NCBI GenBank assembly: GCA_030141605.1
Contig: JAQGDQ010000366.1
Location: 169,350-233,349 of the forward strand
Source: Tubiluchus corallicola
Taxonomy: Eukaryota; Animalia; Priapulida
Length of the DNA: 64,000 nucleotides
Reading direction: 5' to 3'
Under the pieces are notes generated by a model, which saw only the letters and a list, made by a program, of their open reading frames with translations, was not told the origin of the DNA and did not search any database. The translations under genes and the position numbers were made by a program. This document shows, in pieces, positions 25,081 to 38,420 of the stretch; within the stretch, counting starts at the first letter, position 1, and every line of letters begins with the position of its first letter.

Positions 25081-26113
25081 ATAGGTTTTACACGTCAAAT
25101 GTAGACATAAGAATTTCAAATGTGTTTTGGTAACTCAAATGTGACTTGGGTAAGTCAAATGTAGACATAGGAATTTCAAATGTGTTTTGGTAACTCAAAT
25201 GTGACTTAGGTAAGTCAAATGTAGACATAGGAATTTCGAATGTGTTTTGGTAACTCAAATGTGACTTAGGTAAGTCAAATGTAGACATAGGAATTTCAAA
25301 TGTGTTTTGGTAACTCAAATGTGACTTAGGTAAGTCAAATGTAGACATAGGAATTTCAAATGTGTTTTGGTAACTCAAATGTGACTTAGGTAAGTCAAAT
25401 GTAGACATAGGAATTTCAAATGTGTTTTGGTAACTCAAATGTGACTTAGGTAAGTCAAATGTAGACATAAGAATTTCAAATGTGTTTTGGTAACTCAAAT
25501 GTGACTTAGGTAAGTCAAATGTAGATGCGGTACTTTGAATAAATCGGTAATTAACTCATTTAAGTGCAAATTACAAAAAGATAAAGCAAAGATAGTCATC
25601 ACCTCTTTCATAACTTTGAAAAATGCGTTGTTTATCCTCAAACGAAATTCTTTGATAAACCATAACGTCGGTAGAAAAGAATAAATTGGTTCCCACTTCC
25701 CAATGAACAGTGAATCACTAATTAGTTTTTTAAGTAATGCATTAGCACTGCATTAATGAATTAGTTTCTCTCAAGAAACATTGTTCATTTTAAGAATGTA
25801 TTGTTTTCTCTAACAGTTCCAATGATAATGATATGTAAAGTTTACAGAATATTAGTGAACTATTAGTAGACCTATAAAGTTATTATTTTTACAGCAATTA
25901 TTAAATTAAGATTAAAGGAGATTAAATTTAACATCCTTAAGCTTTGCCACCTATCCATATTTGAGATACCAATGTCACATTTGACTTGACATGTGTCTAC
26001 ATTTGACTCACCAAAAATGCTTAGGATTTGTTGAAAACCATTGTTAACACATTTGAATTACCTAAATCTACATTTCACTTAACGTAGGTCTACATTTGAC
26101 ACGTAAAACCTAT
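25081..26113. mobile_element. TIR-bounded foldback-like element with subterminal TCAAATGT repeats
   Basis: ATAGGTTTTACACGTCAAATGTAGAC at the left is mirrored by GTCTACATTTGACACGTAAAACCTAT at the right. Degenerate ACATTTGA repeats occur at 25950-26100. Confidence 0.75.
25094..25525. repeat. 60-bp tandem repeat, ~7 copies
   Basis: Unit GTCAAATGTAGACATAGGAATTTCAAATGTGTTTTGGTAACTCAAATGTGACTTAGGTAA; copies are near-identical. Confidence 0.97.
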
Positions 26114-26301
26114 ATTTTCTATATGTGATGCCATTGTTCTATGCTGCTTGTTTTACTTCCCACATGGTTTTCTGCGAGGTTTTTAGTGCACACCTTACTT
26201 GTACAAATAGCGCTGTAGTGCCTTAACTTGCTAAAATTTCTCTTCGTGTATTATTAGCTAATACAGTGCTGAAACATTTGAAATTTACCTTAACTCTTTA
26301 A

Positions 26302-26424
<123 letters not shown>

Positions 26425-26462
26425 TAGCAAATATTGGAACTTGTTTTGTTTGACAGTCCATA

Positions 26463-27593
26463 GTTAAAGGAAAATACAAGTCACTTAGCATGTTGAGTTT
26501 GTTTTACTGTTGTCACTTAAACTGTTTTGTTGTGTGCTAAAGGAAAGAACAAGTCACTTAGCATGTTGAGTTTGTTTTACTGTTGTCACTTAAACTGTTT
26601 GTGGTGTGTTGAAGGAAAGGACAAGTCACTTAGCATGTTGAGTTTGTTTTACTGTTGTCACTTAAACTGTTTGTGGTGTGTTAAAGGAAAGGACAAGTCA
26701 CTTAGCATGTTGAGTTTGTTTTACTTTTGTCACTTAAACTGTTTGTGGTGTGCTAAAGGAAAGAACAAGTCACTTAGCATGTTGGATTGTTTTACTGTTG
26801 TCACTTAAACTGTTTGTGGTGTGTTAAAGGAAAAGAGAAGTCACTTAGCATGTTGAGTTTGTTTTACTGTTATCACTTAAACTGTTTGTGGTGTGTTAAA
26901 GGAAAGGACAAGTCACTTAGCATGTTGAGTTTGTTTTACTTTTGTCACTTAAACTGTTTGTGGTGTGCTAAAGGAAAGAACAAGTCACTTAGCATGTTGG
27001 ATTGTTTTACTGTTGTCACTTAAACTGTTTGTGGTGTGTTAAAGGAAAAGACAAGTCACTTAGCATGTTGAGTTTGTTTTACTGTTATCACTTAAACTGT
27101 TTGTGGTGTGCTAAAGGAAAGAACAAGTCACTCAGTATGTTGGGTTTATTTTACTGTTATCACTTAAACTGTTTGTGGTGTGCTAAAGGAAAGAACAAGT
27201 CACTCAGTATGTTGGGTTTATTTTACTGTTTTCACTTAAACTGTTTGTGGTGTGCTAAAGGAAAGAACAAGTCCCTTAGCATGTTGGGTTTATTTTACTG
27301 TTATCACTTAAACTGTTTGTGGTGTGCTAAAGGAAAGAACAAGTCACTCAGTATGTTGGGTTTATTTTACTGTTATCACTTAAACTGTTTGTGGTGTGTT
27401 AACGGAAAGGACAAGTCGCTCAGCATGTTGGGTTTATTTTACTGTTATCGCTTAAACTGTTTGTGGTGTGTTAAAGGAAGAGACAGTCACTCAGCATGTT
27501 GAGTTTATTTTACTGTTATCACTTAAACTGTTTGTGGTGTGTTAAAGGAAAGGACAAGTCACTTAGCATGGTTGGTTTGTTTTACTGTTATCA
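26463..27593. repeat. 72-bp tandem repeat, ~15.5 copies
   Basis: Unit GTTAAAGGAAAGGACAAGTCACTTAGCATGTTGAGTTTGTTTTACTGTTGTCACTTAAACTGTTTGTGGTGT. Confidence 0.97.
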
Positions 27594-28696
27594 CGTAAGC
27601 GTAGAAAAATATAATAGAGAACTCTGCAAAAAACTGTCTATAAAGTATAAAGTTAACTTACACTAGAAATGTATAGAAAATTTCAGGAGCAATGGTAGCC
27701 ATCATTCACTTGAAAATTATGAAATAAATTGGTGGGCTTCGTGATTTTTTGTAAGCGCATCGTGGCCAATGCGGGCTCGTGTATAGGTACTGTGGTACTG
27801 CAGCGCCCTCGCTAGTTTCACTCAATATTAATGTCAATATTCAATATAATAAATCTTTTTTCTTTAGTGCTTTCTTTATGCCGTGTACAGAACCGGAGTA
27901 TGTGAGGGCAGTACTGTTTGCTTCAGAGCCTAGCACAGTGCACTCACAGCTCCGGCAACGTGGTGTTTGGCCGTTGTGCACATTTGGTCATGCACACATG
28001 TCTGAAATAACACACTGTATGCTGCAGTGCAGCTAGCGTCCGCTACTAGGTAGAGAAAGTACTGTCACCCACACAGTTTGTTGTCAGTTGTCACGCGCTT
28101 AAAAACCGTGCACCGGCATATTCCTAAACAGCGACAATTTAGGAAACTGCGTCGAATAACCTAAATTGTTTTTATTTAGAATGTTTTTTGTTTAGGATTT
28201 ATCAAGTTTATGTTTAAATTTTCGTATGTTTGTTTGTTTAAGATTACAATATTAAAATTACATATGTTTGTTTCTTTTTATACAGTATTAAAACAATGAT
28301 TAAAATTTTCTGAAGCAGTAATTTTAGCTACAAGCCGCCATTGGTCGTAACTTTCCATATGTTAGCACTATTTAAACTCAGATTTCTGGAGCTTGTGTGA
28401 TAAAATAAAAGCTCTTACGAAAATCTCACAAAATTGGCTATCTAAAAACTTATTATGCTTTTAAGTCAGCGCCGTGCTTCTCTTTGACGAATGAATGACA
28501 TCATTGGTAGTTGAATGACGTCATTGGTGGAAGAATGGGCGTTCAAAATGGAAGCATCCAAGTGCGAAATGATCAGGACTTTAAAGTGATTTTACTAATA
28601 ACACAAGGCACTTATCATACTTTTATTACCAAATTTTTCTAACATTATTCATGAACATTGAATAACTTTATTTTCCTGCAAGGCTTTGCCTTTCCT
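26468..28696. mobile_element. TTAA-AGG (Kolobok/T2-like) MITE with tandemly amplified left end
   Basis: Left TTAA|AGGAAAGGACAAG versus right CTTTGCCTTTCCT|TTAA (28684-28700). Its right ~270 bp is homologous to 61560-61785. Confidence 0.6.
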
Positions 28697-29254
28697 TTAA
28701 TCAAATATTGTGTCTTGTTTGCGATAATACAGTAGGTGTTGTACAACTGCTGCCATATTTGGGGTTAAGCTGCTTTCACATCTTCTAAAAATCGCGTCTA
28801 CCAAATCAGTTGGACGTTGACGAATTTTAGAGTTTTTTTTTCACAAGAGGTCTGGAGCTCTTTCTGCGCATTCAGGCTGGCGTGTTTTCTTTCTGACAGT
28901 AAACTCGAATGTTTGAACTGCTTTGCGAGTTATTGTCGGTAAGAAATTATAAGTTCTCCGACAGTTTCAGCGAGTTGATTTACTATCAAGTGTGAACGTC
29001 TCTGCGAGTTACTGTCAAGTGTGAATGGCACTTACTGTGTGAAAGTAGCTCGCAGCAAGTCTTGCTCTCTAATAGGAACATGCTTGCGAGTTACTTGCCC
29101 CGTTACCTGGTGAGTATTATGCTCCCCACTCGGAAAATAGTGAGAAAAATTTGCTTCTCTTTAATTAATACCTTCCCTTATTTTTACATCTTGTAATTTT
29201 TGAAATAATTTCCGATAGGTTTTTCAATCTTAGGCGACGACTGTTTGTTTTCAG

Positions 29255-29453
29255 GACGTTGGCGGGCAGGATAAAATCCGTCCGTTGTGGCGGCACTACT
29301 ACACGGGGACACAAGGCCTTATATTCGTCGTTGACTGCGGCGATCGAGACAGAATAGACGAAGCCAGACAGGAGCTTCATCGAATAATTAATGACCGCGA
29401 AATGAGAGATGCTATTATACTTATATTTGCCAATAAGCAAGATCTTCCTGACG
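29255..29453 (+). CDS. ARF6: ADP-ribosylation factor 6, coding exon 3
   Basis: Encodes [66 protein letters not shown]; AG/GT boundaries. Confidence 0.97.
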
Positions 29454-29721
29454 GTAAAAACTACATTCAGTTATTTTTATTTCTCAATTGCACATTTGTC
29501 ATTCGACGTTTAGAGAAAAAAATTCCACAAAAATATGAAAACAAGAACAACGTTTTGTTGCGGTCCAGTGTAGTTTAGTCTTAATTGTGTAGTATTAAGA
29601 GAAGTTAACTGTTCTTAAGGACGTAGTTGGAGGTGTTTGAGTTAACTTCAACCATTAACTATTAAATTGCGTTCTTTAGTTTTGGAATATTGCAACCAAA
29701 ATATTTGGAATAAATGGAAAC

Positions 29722-30810
29722 TGTTCTTAAGGACGTTGTTGGAGGTGCTTGAGTTAACTTTCTTAAGGACATAGTTGGAGGTGTTTGAGTTAACTTTCTT
29801 AAGGACGTAGTTGGAGGTGTTTGAGTTAACTTTCTTAAGGACCTAGTTGGAGGTGTTTGAGTTAACTTTCTTAAGGACGTAGTTGGAGGTGTTTGAGTTA
29901 ACTTTCTTAAGGACGTAGGTGGAGGTGTTTAAGTTAACTTTCTTAAGGACGTAGTTGGAGGTGTTTGAGTTAACTTGCTTAAGGACGTAGTTGGAGGTGT
30001 TTGAGTTAACTTTCTTAAAGACGTAGTTGGAGGTGTTTGAGTTAACTTTCTCAAGGACGTAGTTGGAGGTGTTTGAGTTAACTTTCTCAAGGACGTAGTT
30101 GGAGGTGTTTGAGTTAATTTTCTTAAGGACGTAGTTGGAGGTGTTTGAGTTAACTTTCTTAAGAACGTAGTTGGAGGTGTTTGAGTTAACTTTCTCAAGG
30201 ACGTAGTTGGAGGTGTTTGAGTTAACTTTCTTAAAGACGTAGTTGGAGGTGTTTGAGTTAACTTTCTTAAGGACGTAGTTGGAGGTGTTTGAGTTAACTT
30301 TCTTAAAGACGTAGTTGGAGGTGTTTGAGTTAACTTTCTCAAGGACGTAGTTGGAGGTGTTTGAGTTAACTTTCTTAAAGACGTAGTTGGAGGTGTTTGA
30401 GTTAACTTTCTCAAGGACGTAGTTGGAGGTGTTTGAGTTAATTTTCTTAAGGACGTAGTTGGAGGTGTTTGAGTTAACTTTCTTAAGAACGTAGTTGTAG
30501 GTGTTTGAGTTAACTTTCTTAAGGACGTAGTTGTAGGTGTTTGAGTTAACTGTCTTAAGGACGTAGTTGTAGGTGTTTGCGTTAACTTTCTTAAGGACAT
30601 GGACATAGCTGAAGGTGTTTGAGTTAACTTTCTTAAGTACGTAGTTGGAGGTGTTTGAGTTAACTTTCTTAAGGACATAGTTGGAGGTGTTTGAGTTAAC
30701 TTTCTTAAGTACGTAGTTGGAGGTGTTTGAGTTAACTTTCTTAAGGACGTAGTTGGAGGTGTTTGAGTTAACTTTCTTAAGGACGTAGTTGGAGGTGTTT
30801 GAGTTAACTT
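29722..30810. repeat. 36-bp tandem repeat, ~30 copies
   Basis: Unit TTCTTAAGGACGTAGTTGGAGGTGTTTGAGTTAACT, head-to-tail with no spacers. An orphan copy lies at ~29612-29648. Confidence 0.97.
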
Positions 30811-31331
30811 CAAGCATTAACCGTTTCCATTTATTCCAAATATTTTGGTTGCAATATTCCAAAACTAAAGAACGCAATTTGTTTCCTAGTCCAAAATGAA
30901 GTACAACAGTACGTTGCGTGACACAGACATTATTATGTTTATTCTTTTAGGAATTCATCATATAAAAGGCAATTCTAAACCATGTCCCAAAGTTATATTG
31001 CTTAGCATTAATCTTACCTTATTGAAAGACTTACGTAACTAGAAAAGAAAATTCTTAGTCATTTTAATGTTCGTGCTAACTGGTAAAATTTCACTGACTC
31101 ACCTTCCCAATGTGCAACACTGATTCACTAAAAACACGTTGATCTTACTGACAAAGTAGTTTGTACTTTTGTTTAGTAAGTGAAGAGTGTTCTGTTAACG
31201 CTATGACTATTTTTTCAAATTTTACGCAATGTTATCTAAATTGGTTTCAAACCGTAAAAAGGTTGCACCTAATGGTCATCTCAGGAGTTTAAACTTACTA
31301 TTTTGTGCAGTGTTACTGCTAACACAAACTG

Positions 31332-31769
31332 CAATGGCGGATTTAGGGGGCCTGGACACACCCTTTCATAGTAGCAGTTACACCACACTTAGTGAATATT
31401 TTCTCAGGATTATAAGCTTTAGAACGTTTAGTGGTAGCTTTTAATGACTTATATCGAGTAAAAAGTTCTGCATTAATGATTTCAGTGTAAAAACGTTTGT
31501 GCCCTTTAAGTGATAATTGAAGCTTTTGGCAAAGATGTCGCTGTGCGCAATTATATGCTATACTAGTGTGTATACTAGCATATTGGTGTGTAATTAAGAA
31601 TCAAAAGTTTGAGGTGACAGAATGAGTTTTAAACTATTGAATTTGCTTAAGGAAATAGTAAGAAAAATGGTCTAAAATGCAACAAAATGCATTGGTAGCC
31701 GGGGGTCCCCAGACCCCTAGCTGCTTTTTCTTTGGGCCCACCCTTTCCTAAAGCTTGTAACCACCACTG
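31332..31769. mobile_element. Degenerate hAT-type MITE
   Basis: CAATGGCGGATTTA ... TAACCACCACTG imperfect TIRs; no clean TSD. Confidence 0.5.
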
Positions 31770-32028
31770 AACGAAGACTTAAGACAGCATTTAATTGATA
31801 CAAAGTTGCACAGCGAATTTTTTAAACAAATTTTGTGAAGCCTGTTTTCTTATGCAGTAACAGAATTTTTGTTTTGCTCATCTTGCAGCCCTTGACCGCT
31901 GTAATGCACTGACTGACTGACTGGCTAACTGCTGTAATGCACTGACTGACTGACTGACTTGACTGTAATGCATGTCACATTATACTACATAATGAAACCT
32001 CTCTGCTAACAGTACTTTTCGTTTTTAG

Positions 32029-32171
32029 CTATGAAGCCTCACGAAATTCAGGAGAAGCTCGGATTGACACGTATTCGCGATCGTAACTGGTACGTTCAAC
32101 CGTCGTGTGCGACGACCGGCGACGGTCTTTACGAGGGTTTAACGTGGTTGACGTCGAATCATAAATCATGA
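32029..32171 (+). CDS. ARF6: ADP-ribosylation factor 6, coding exon 4
   Basis: Encodes (A)[46 protein letters not shown]-stop; AATAAA downstream at ~32222 and ~32351. Confidence 0.97.
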
Positions 32172-34205
32172 GTCTAGCGCTTTGTATAAAACTGGCTTTT
32201 TTTGTTATATAAGTAATAACGAATAAATTGTTTTGCCGTGCTCGCCGTGACCGAAGCGAGGTCCAACGCGGCAACGTCGCGCCGTTTCACTCTCTTGCAT
32301 TCCAAATCATTTCCTAATTCTGTTTGCTACATTTAAATTCATTAGCAACAAATAAATATTATAACTTTTTCTCTGATAATTGTTACTATCGGTTTATCTA
32401 TCATTCGTTTGACGGAAAATTTAGATTTTAGATCATTTGTATAACGTTTTTTGAAGCAATGCATATCTCTTTATGAGCTGTAATAAGGTTACTAAGGAAA
32501 GGTAAGTTGTTGGCATACGCAACTGGGTTTCATCGCTTAAGCGGACTGAAGTGCTAGCAGCGTAAAGCTGTAAATGCATACGGGAAGTGTGAACAGTAGC
32601 TCCTACCATTGCAAATTTCCGCATGTGAAATGTTACTGTACAACCGCGTACATTTGCAAACTCAGTATGCAAACCTAAAAAAGTAGCACAACTTACTGAC
32701 TTCATCACTGCCCATAGAGTAAAGAGATGCTAATATAAAATGGCCCGACTACTTGCCTTTCTCTAGCGACATCTGTGTTTTTTTAGCTCTGTTATTGAAC
32801 TATTTTATTCATGGTATGAATATCGGTTTCGTTCGCTTGTAATATTTGTTAAATGAGCAAAAGTTCTTAGGACTTTAGCTCCTAGAGAAGGCGGGAGGCT
32901 CCGTGAACGAAATGATCTTTGCATTTATGAATACGTGCGAACACTCGTTTTTATACGAATCGTCACTTATGTAGCGTTTTATATATATCGTTTAAGTTTC
33001 GGATATAAATTTTGTTGTTTAGCAAAGCGGTTGTATATTAAGGAATTAGTGGAGAGATGTAGGTTAGACTATGATAATAACGATAGCCCCTCGGTAATTA
33101 ACGATAACCTTTCAGTAACTAACGAGAGTTGGTAGACTCCATGATTCTGCATTTCTGTGTGCAGCTAAACAGACGTTCTGAGGCCAGTGAATTTTGTTTT
33201 TCTGATGGTGAGGCATTTAAATATAATTTTGTATTTAATATTGCCATTGCGAAGTCCTTTGATCGCATAAAAAAGACGTTAGAAAACATATTTCAATATG
33301 TCTTGATTTTCACGTTTTAGCAAATGTGAAATGAACCGGATGCATTACATGTACTGAATAATTTTCCTTAATGTACTTTTTGTGTCCTTTGCAGATTTTA
33401 GCGTTGCTTCTTCCCGCATCATTCATGAAAGTTTTTTCAAGTATCATTCCAGCTTTGGGGCCACTTTGAATTTTCTCTATTGTGCCCCGCCACTGTATTA
33501 TCACCCGCAGACAGAGTTAGAATAATGGTGGTGCTTTTAGCCACATTTGTTTGTTTTTGTGACTGCTAATTTTGATATTTGTCGACATCGTCGTTGTTAA
33601 TTCTATCTTTTCCCGTCATTCACACTGAGGTGGTTTACTCACAGGTTTTCCAATGATTACCCTAGAATACAGTGTTTGACCAGTTTCCTTCAAAGTTTGG
33701 ACTTCCAAATAGAGCAGATTTGGACTCCTCGATCCAAGAAAATGTTCGCCAACTTTAATAGGTTAGAAACTGCTTATGAAGAATTAAGTAGCCGGTCTGT
33801 AAGTGAACGTAACAGAGAAGTTGATGATGTGGAAAGGTTGATGACTCTGGAGGTATAGTTGGACGTGTATTTATGTTGCCTCTAGGTCCGCCCGTCACTG
33901 GAGTCCCATTCATTTCCATGCTTCCTAGAGATGTTAACAGTTTGTACAGCACTTCTTTTGCCTGGTCACTAGATTAGGCATGTTACCATTCCTACTGTGT
34001 TGCTGCTCGGTGCCTGTTCTAACACGCTTTGCAAAGTAACTTCCTGCAAAAAGGAGTCTGAAAATACTGTATGGACGGAAATTAATAGATTAATATGAGC
34101 GGACTGGGAGGGAAATTTTCTTGTGCAAACTTTCTGAAGGTGCAATTTTGTTTTAATCAAGCGGCTCAAATTCCAATGATGCATGCAGATTAGTGTGTGA
34201 ACTGC

Positions 34206-34426
34206 TTTGTGAGTTGTTGTCTGCAAGAAATTGCAAGCTCTCTGACAGTTGCTAGCAATCTACCTTGATTCGCTGTCTACCTTGAACACCTGGACGAGGT
34301 ACTCTCGACAGTTCTATTTGTGAGTTGTTGCCGGCAAGAAATTGCAAACTCTCTGACAGTTGCTAGCAATCTACCTTGATTCGCTGTCTACCGTGAACAC
34401 CCGGACGAGTTACTCTCGACAGTTCT
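34206..34426. repeat. 111-bp tandem duplication
   Basis: TTTGTGAGTTGTTG at 34206 and 34317, with few mismatches between copies. Confidence 0.9.
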
Positions 34427-34634
34427 TATAGTGATAGAGAATTAAGTGACCAGCTCGTACTTGCTATCGGAGAGTAGTAGTTTTGCACTGTAGTCCAAAC
34501 ACGCTTGCGAGGTAACTTGCTTAATCTGAACACGACGTGCTTTGCACTAAGTTACTATATCTTACCATATACTGCTATATCATACTGCTAGTATTCCTGA
34601 TCATTATGCTTAATACTATAAATTTGACTAGAAC

Positions 34635-34803
34635 TACTTTGAACGTCCAGATCTGTACAAAATAACTTCTGATACTCTCTTGCATGTATCAGACGTACGT
34701 GCAAGAATTATCACTCGAAAATTACCACTTCACATGTTATGCGAAAACGGCATCATTTTAACTACTAGCATTGCGTGTGGTTTCCGAAGGAGCGAGAACG
34801 TAG
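34635..34803 (+). repeat. Dispersed repeat, second copy at ~40025-40188
   Basis: Shared TACAAAATAACTTCTGATA...CATGTATCAGACGTACGTGCAAGAAT...GGAGCGAGAA. Confidence 0.8.
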
Positions 34804-35721
34804 AAAAGCCAAACGCTGGGATAAGAAAAATATTCGTAAAAGAATGTCGAAAAGTAAAGCTAGCGTTTGGAAATAAAAATGCATCGTTGTCTAGTTATAG
34901 AAAAACATGAAGATTTGCCCTTGTTTGATTCGGAAAGTTGTTCTTGTGTTTGACCTCATACCCTGATTGCATTAAATTCATTAAGTTCTACATTGTTAAT
35001 TAATCGGATGCGTTTTGCATAGCTGGTAGTTTCTGTCACTTCGTCCAACAAGCCTTTAGTCTCAGAGTTTACCATTGTCCCCATTTTGTCACATTATCAT
35101 TACTATAAAGTGTAGCCTTTAGCGATACTGGCAAAATATTGTTTATTTAAAGTTTAGTTGCTAGAATAACTTGGATCTTTTAATAAAATAATTACCACTC
35201 GGCAATGATGTATAGGAAAGTTCATTAACTACCACCTAACAGGTTAATTATTAAACATAACTGTTGTGAAACATGTCAGTGATTCGTTTAATTCAAATGT
35301 CTTGCATACATAATTACCTAAATAATTTTGGTATGTAGTGAATTAAAGCTGCATATCCTTTGACTTTCGTTTTTGTATGACGTACACCCCGTTTTCATTT
35401 GAGAAAGTGGACATTAGCAATACTGCGAGTTTATATAGGTTTATGTTGTGCACTGGACAATGCACACGACTGTACTTCATTAGCATAATAATTTATAACT
35501 GAACTTAGCTGATTATCTAATTTGTAAATGTCCACCATTAGTTTAATAATATCCAAGTGTTATGATTTGTACGGAGTTAATTATTTATTTATAATAAAAG
35601 CCGTGTAATCCAAGATTTTGCTTGTTAGAAGTTTTCAGTTTTATTTGACAGATTCAACTTGTTCTCAACTTATCAGTCAGTCACTGGCAGGTGGTCTTAC
35701 ATGTTTACATATAATTATTAA

Positions 35722-36265
35722 AGGAAAACCGGACGATTGTTTAGACTCAATCTTATTTTAATTTACTGTCCAAAATAAACATTTTATTGCCTATAAAAGT
35801 TAACAATTGTTCCTTATATTTGAAAAATCAGTTTAGAAAGTTAATTAACAGCAACCGAACACAGCTATTGCCTGCGTCAGAAACTAATCACATCTTGTGC
35901 AATGGCAGGCATCTTCCCTTGCGCATCAAGCACATTTGCATAAGTGTTACTGCTTAAACGCATGATGCCACGAAAAAGCGGCTCTACATCATATGATGTC
36001 AGAAACTAACACTGCAGTTCATGATCATGCTTATCATAGTACCGCCTTCTACTTATCGGTCATGCGCACATGACAAAAAGGTGCCATTGTTAATCTCAGC
36101 TGATTCACTGAGCCGCGCGTAGCTTTGAAAGTTTAATGAAATTTGAGTATCCGAGATAATTATTATTTAATCTAAGCTTTGATTTAAAAAAAACTGTTGT
36201 AGTTTTCAATACTTTAGAGCATTCTTTATTCTGAATTAGAGTTTACACAATCGTCAGGTTTTCTT
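35722..36265. mobile_element. TTAA MITE family C (Kolobok/T2-like)
   Basis: TTAA|AGGAAAACCGGACGATTGTTTAGACTC ... GAGTTTACACAATCGTCAGGTTTTCTT|TTAA, giving ~27-bp imperfect TIRs. Confidence 0.82.
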
Positions 36266-37725
36266 TTAAGTACGACGGTAAAAATGAAGCATATAACGCA
36301 TAGATTTAGATGTCATGCATGTGTACAGATAGCTTTCTACCCTACACATCAAACGATGATTCATGTGTGTCGCTCAAGGGCTGTTTTTGCCTAGGAATCG
36401 AATGCAGTTTCTACATTGCACAACGCGGTGTCTATTGTTTATCATACTGCACTTTATACAATATACAATTTGGTGCCCCATTGCTCCTTCGTAATTTGTG
36501 CAAGTCCAGCAATCTCTTTCTGCGCACGCATCACCTTTAAATCAATGGTATAAAACGTGTCAAATTTTTCAATTCTATGGTACAATGTGCTAAATTTAGT
36601 CTAGAATTATCTTCTTAGCCTCTATAGTTTGTTTTTGTACACACACAAGCACCTGATATCGCACCAATACTGTAATTCGGGTCAAAATACTAAATTTGAC
36701 CGGAAAAGGTCTAATTTCCAGCTATCGTAACCAAGTACAGTGAATTTTCATATAAACTGCTACTGCTGATAAGTCGTACATCAATACGCAAACAGGAAAG
36801 GTTTCTAACGCAGATTTATTTTGCAGCAAAAAGACGGTACAATGCAAGAAACGGTGAGATTAAATGCAGGCAAAGTTTAAAACACTTAAAAAATGACAAT
36901 ATACAATGACTAGTCTGGCTTCTCTACAACAAGTGCAAACAAGTGAAATAGTATATTCATGATTCGCTATTTTAGCTTGAAGCTGAAGCTTCGGTCAATG
37001 TTACATTAATGAGAAATAAACGGCTTACACTGCCCGAATTTACACATTTACACTGTAGTTTACATCACGGGATAGTGTTAGCAGAATTTTAAAAATGCAG
37101 TCAAAACTCATTATAACGTTCCCCCCTTTTTTTAATGACAGCCTCATTTAATCCACGAACTTTTGACAAAACAAAATGTTTGCATTTACATAAACATGTA
37201 GGTACATGTATTAATGTACATCGTTACAATGCTAGACTCACTTAATGCCAGATTTAAGCTTTAATGTCTCAAAGTGGGCGGGGTATAAAGAGGTTTGTCC
37301 GTAGTTACATTTCTGTACAGAATTATCGCCACGTCGTTTGCAAATAAATATTTATAAAACAACTTCGTAAGTTAGATTACATACATTTTAGACACAACAA
37401 TTAAAATATTTTGCTGTTTTTCACGATTACCCATTCTTAGTAATGAAGTTTAGACGTTACATGCAAACTGTCAAGGAAAAGCAAAAACTGTGGATCTGTA
37501 ATGAATCACAGATTCACATTAAAAGGATAAACAATGTATCGATCGCTAAGAACAACATGGTGCATCTTAAAATCACAAAAAGAGAATTTATGAACAAAAT
37601 GGTTCACATTTACTGTTGATACCATACTCATATCCAAATCAAATCCGTCAACGTTGTAATGGGAACAATCTCAACGCTGTGCAAAGGAAACGTTTTTTTA
37701 AAGTTTGCCAAGGAGTAGAAACTTT

Positions 37726-38420
37726 GGCCATGGCAGAGCTAACAGCAAGCCAAACAACCAATACCTGTACTGTATTGTTTGTACTGCCCTCTGGAGGATG
37801 GAACAGTGACCATGGCAGAACTAACAGGAAGCCAAACAACCAATAGCTGTACTGTACTGTTTGTACTGCCCTCTGGTGGACAGAACAGTGGCCATGGCAG
37901 AACTAACAGCAAGCCAAACAACCAATACCTGTACTGTACTGTTTGTACTGCCCTCTGGTGGACAGAACAGTGGCCATGGCAGAACTAACAGCAAGCCAAA
38001 CAACCATACCCGAACTGTACTGTTTGTACTGCCCTCTGGAGGACAACAGCGGCCATGGCAGAACTAATAGCAAGCCAAACAACCAATACCTGTACTGTAC
38101 TGTTTGAACTGCCCTCTGGAGGACAACAGCGGCCATGGCAGAACTAACGGCAAGCCAAACAACCAATACCTGTACTGTACTGTTTGTATTGCCCTCTGGA
38201 GGACAGAACAGTGACCATGGCAGAACTAACAACAAGCCAAACAACCAATACCTGTACTGTACTGTTTGTACTGACCATGGCAGAACTAACAGCAAGCCAA
38301 ACAACCAATACCTGTACTGTACTGTTTGTACCACCCTCTGGAGGACAGAACAGCAGCCATGGCAGAACTAACAGCAACCCAAACAACCAATACCTGTACG
38401 GTACTGTTTGTACTGCCCCC
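37726..38420. repeat. ~82-bp tandem repeat, ~8.5 copies, carrying CTCF-like motif
   Basis: CCATGG at 37728, 37810, 37892, 37974, 38053, 38133, 38215, 38275 and 38357. Confidence 0.95.

Noticed and set aside
29722-30877. CRISPR-like 36-bp repeats and the 344/294-aa ORFs
   Set aside because: The units are head-to-tail with no unique spacers, there are no cas genes, and the context is a eukaryotic intron. The ORFs are by-products of a stop-free 36-bp unit.
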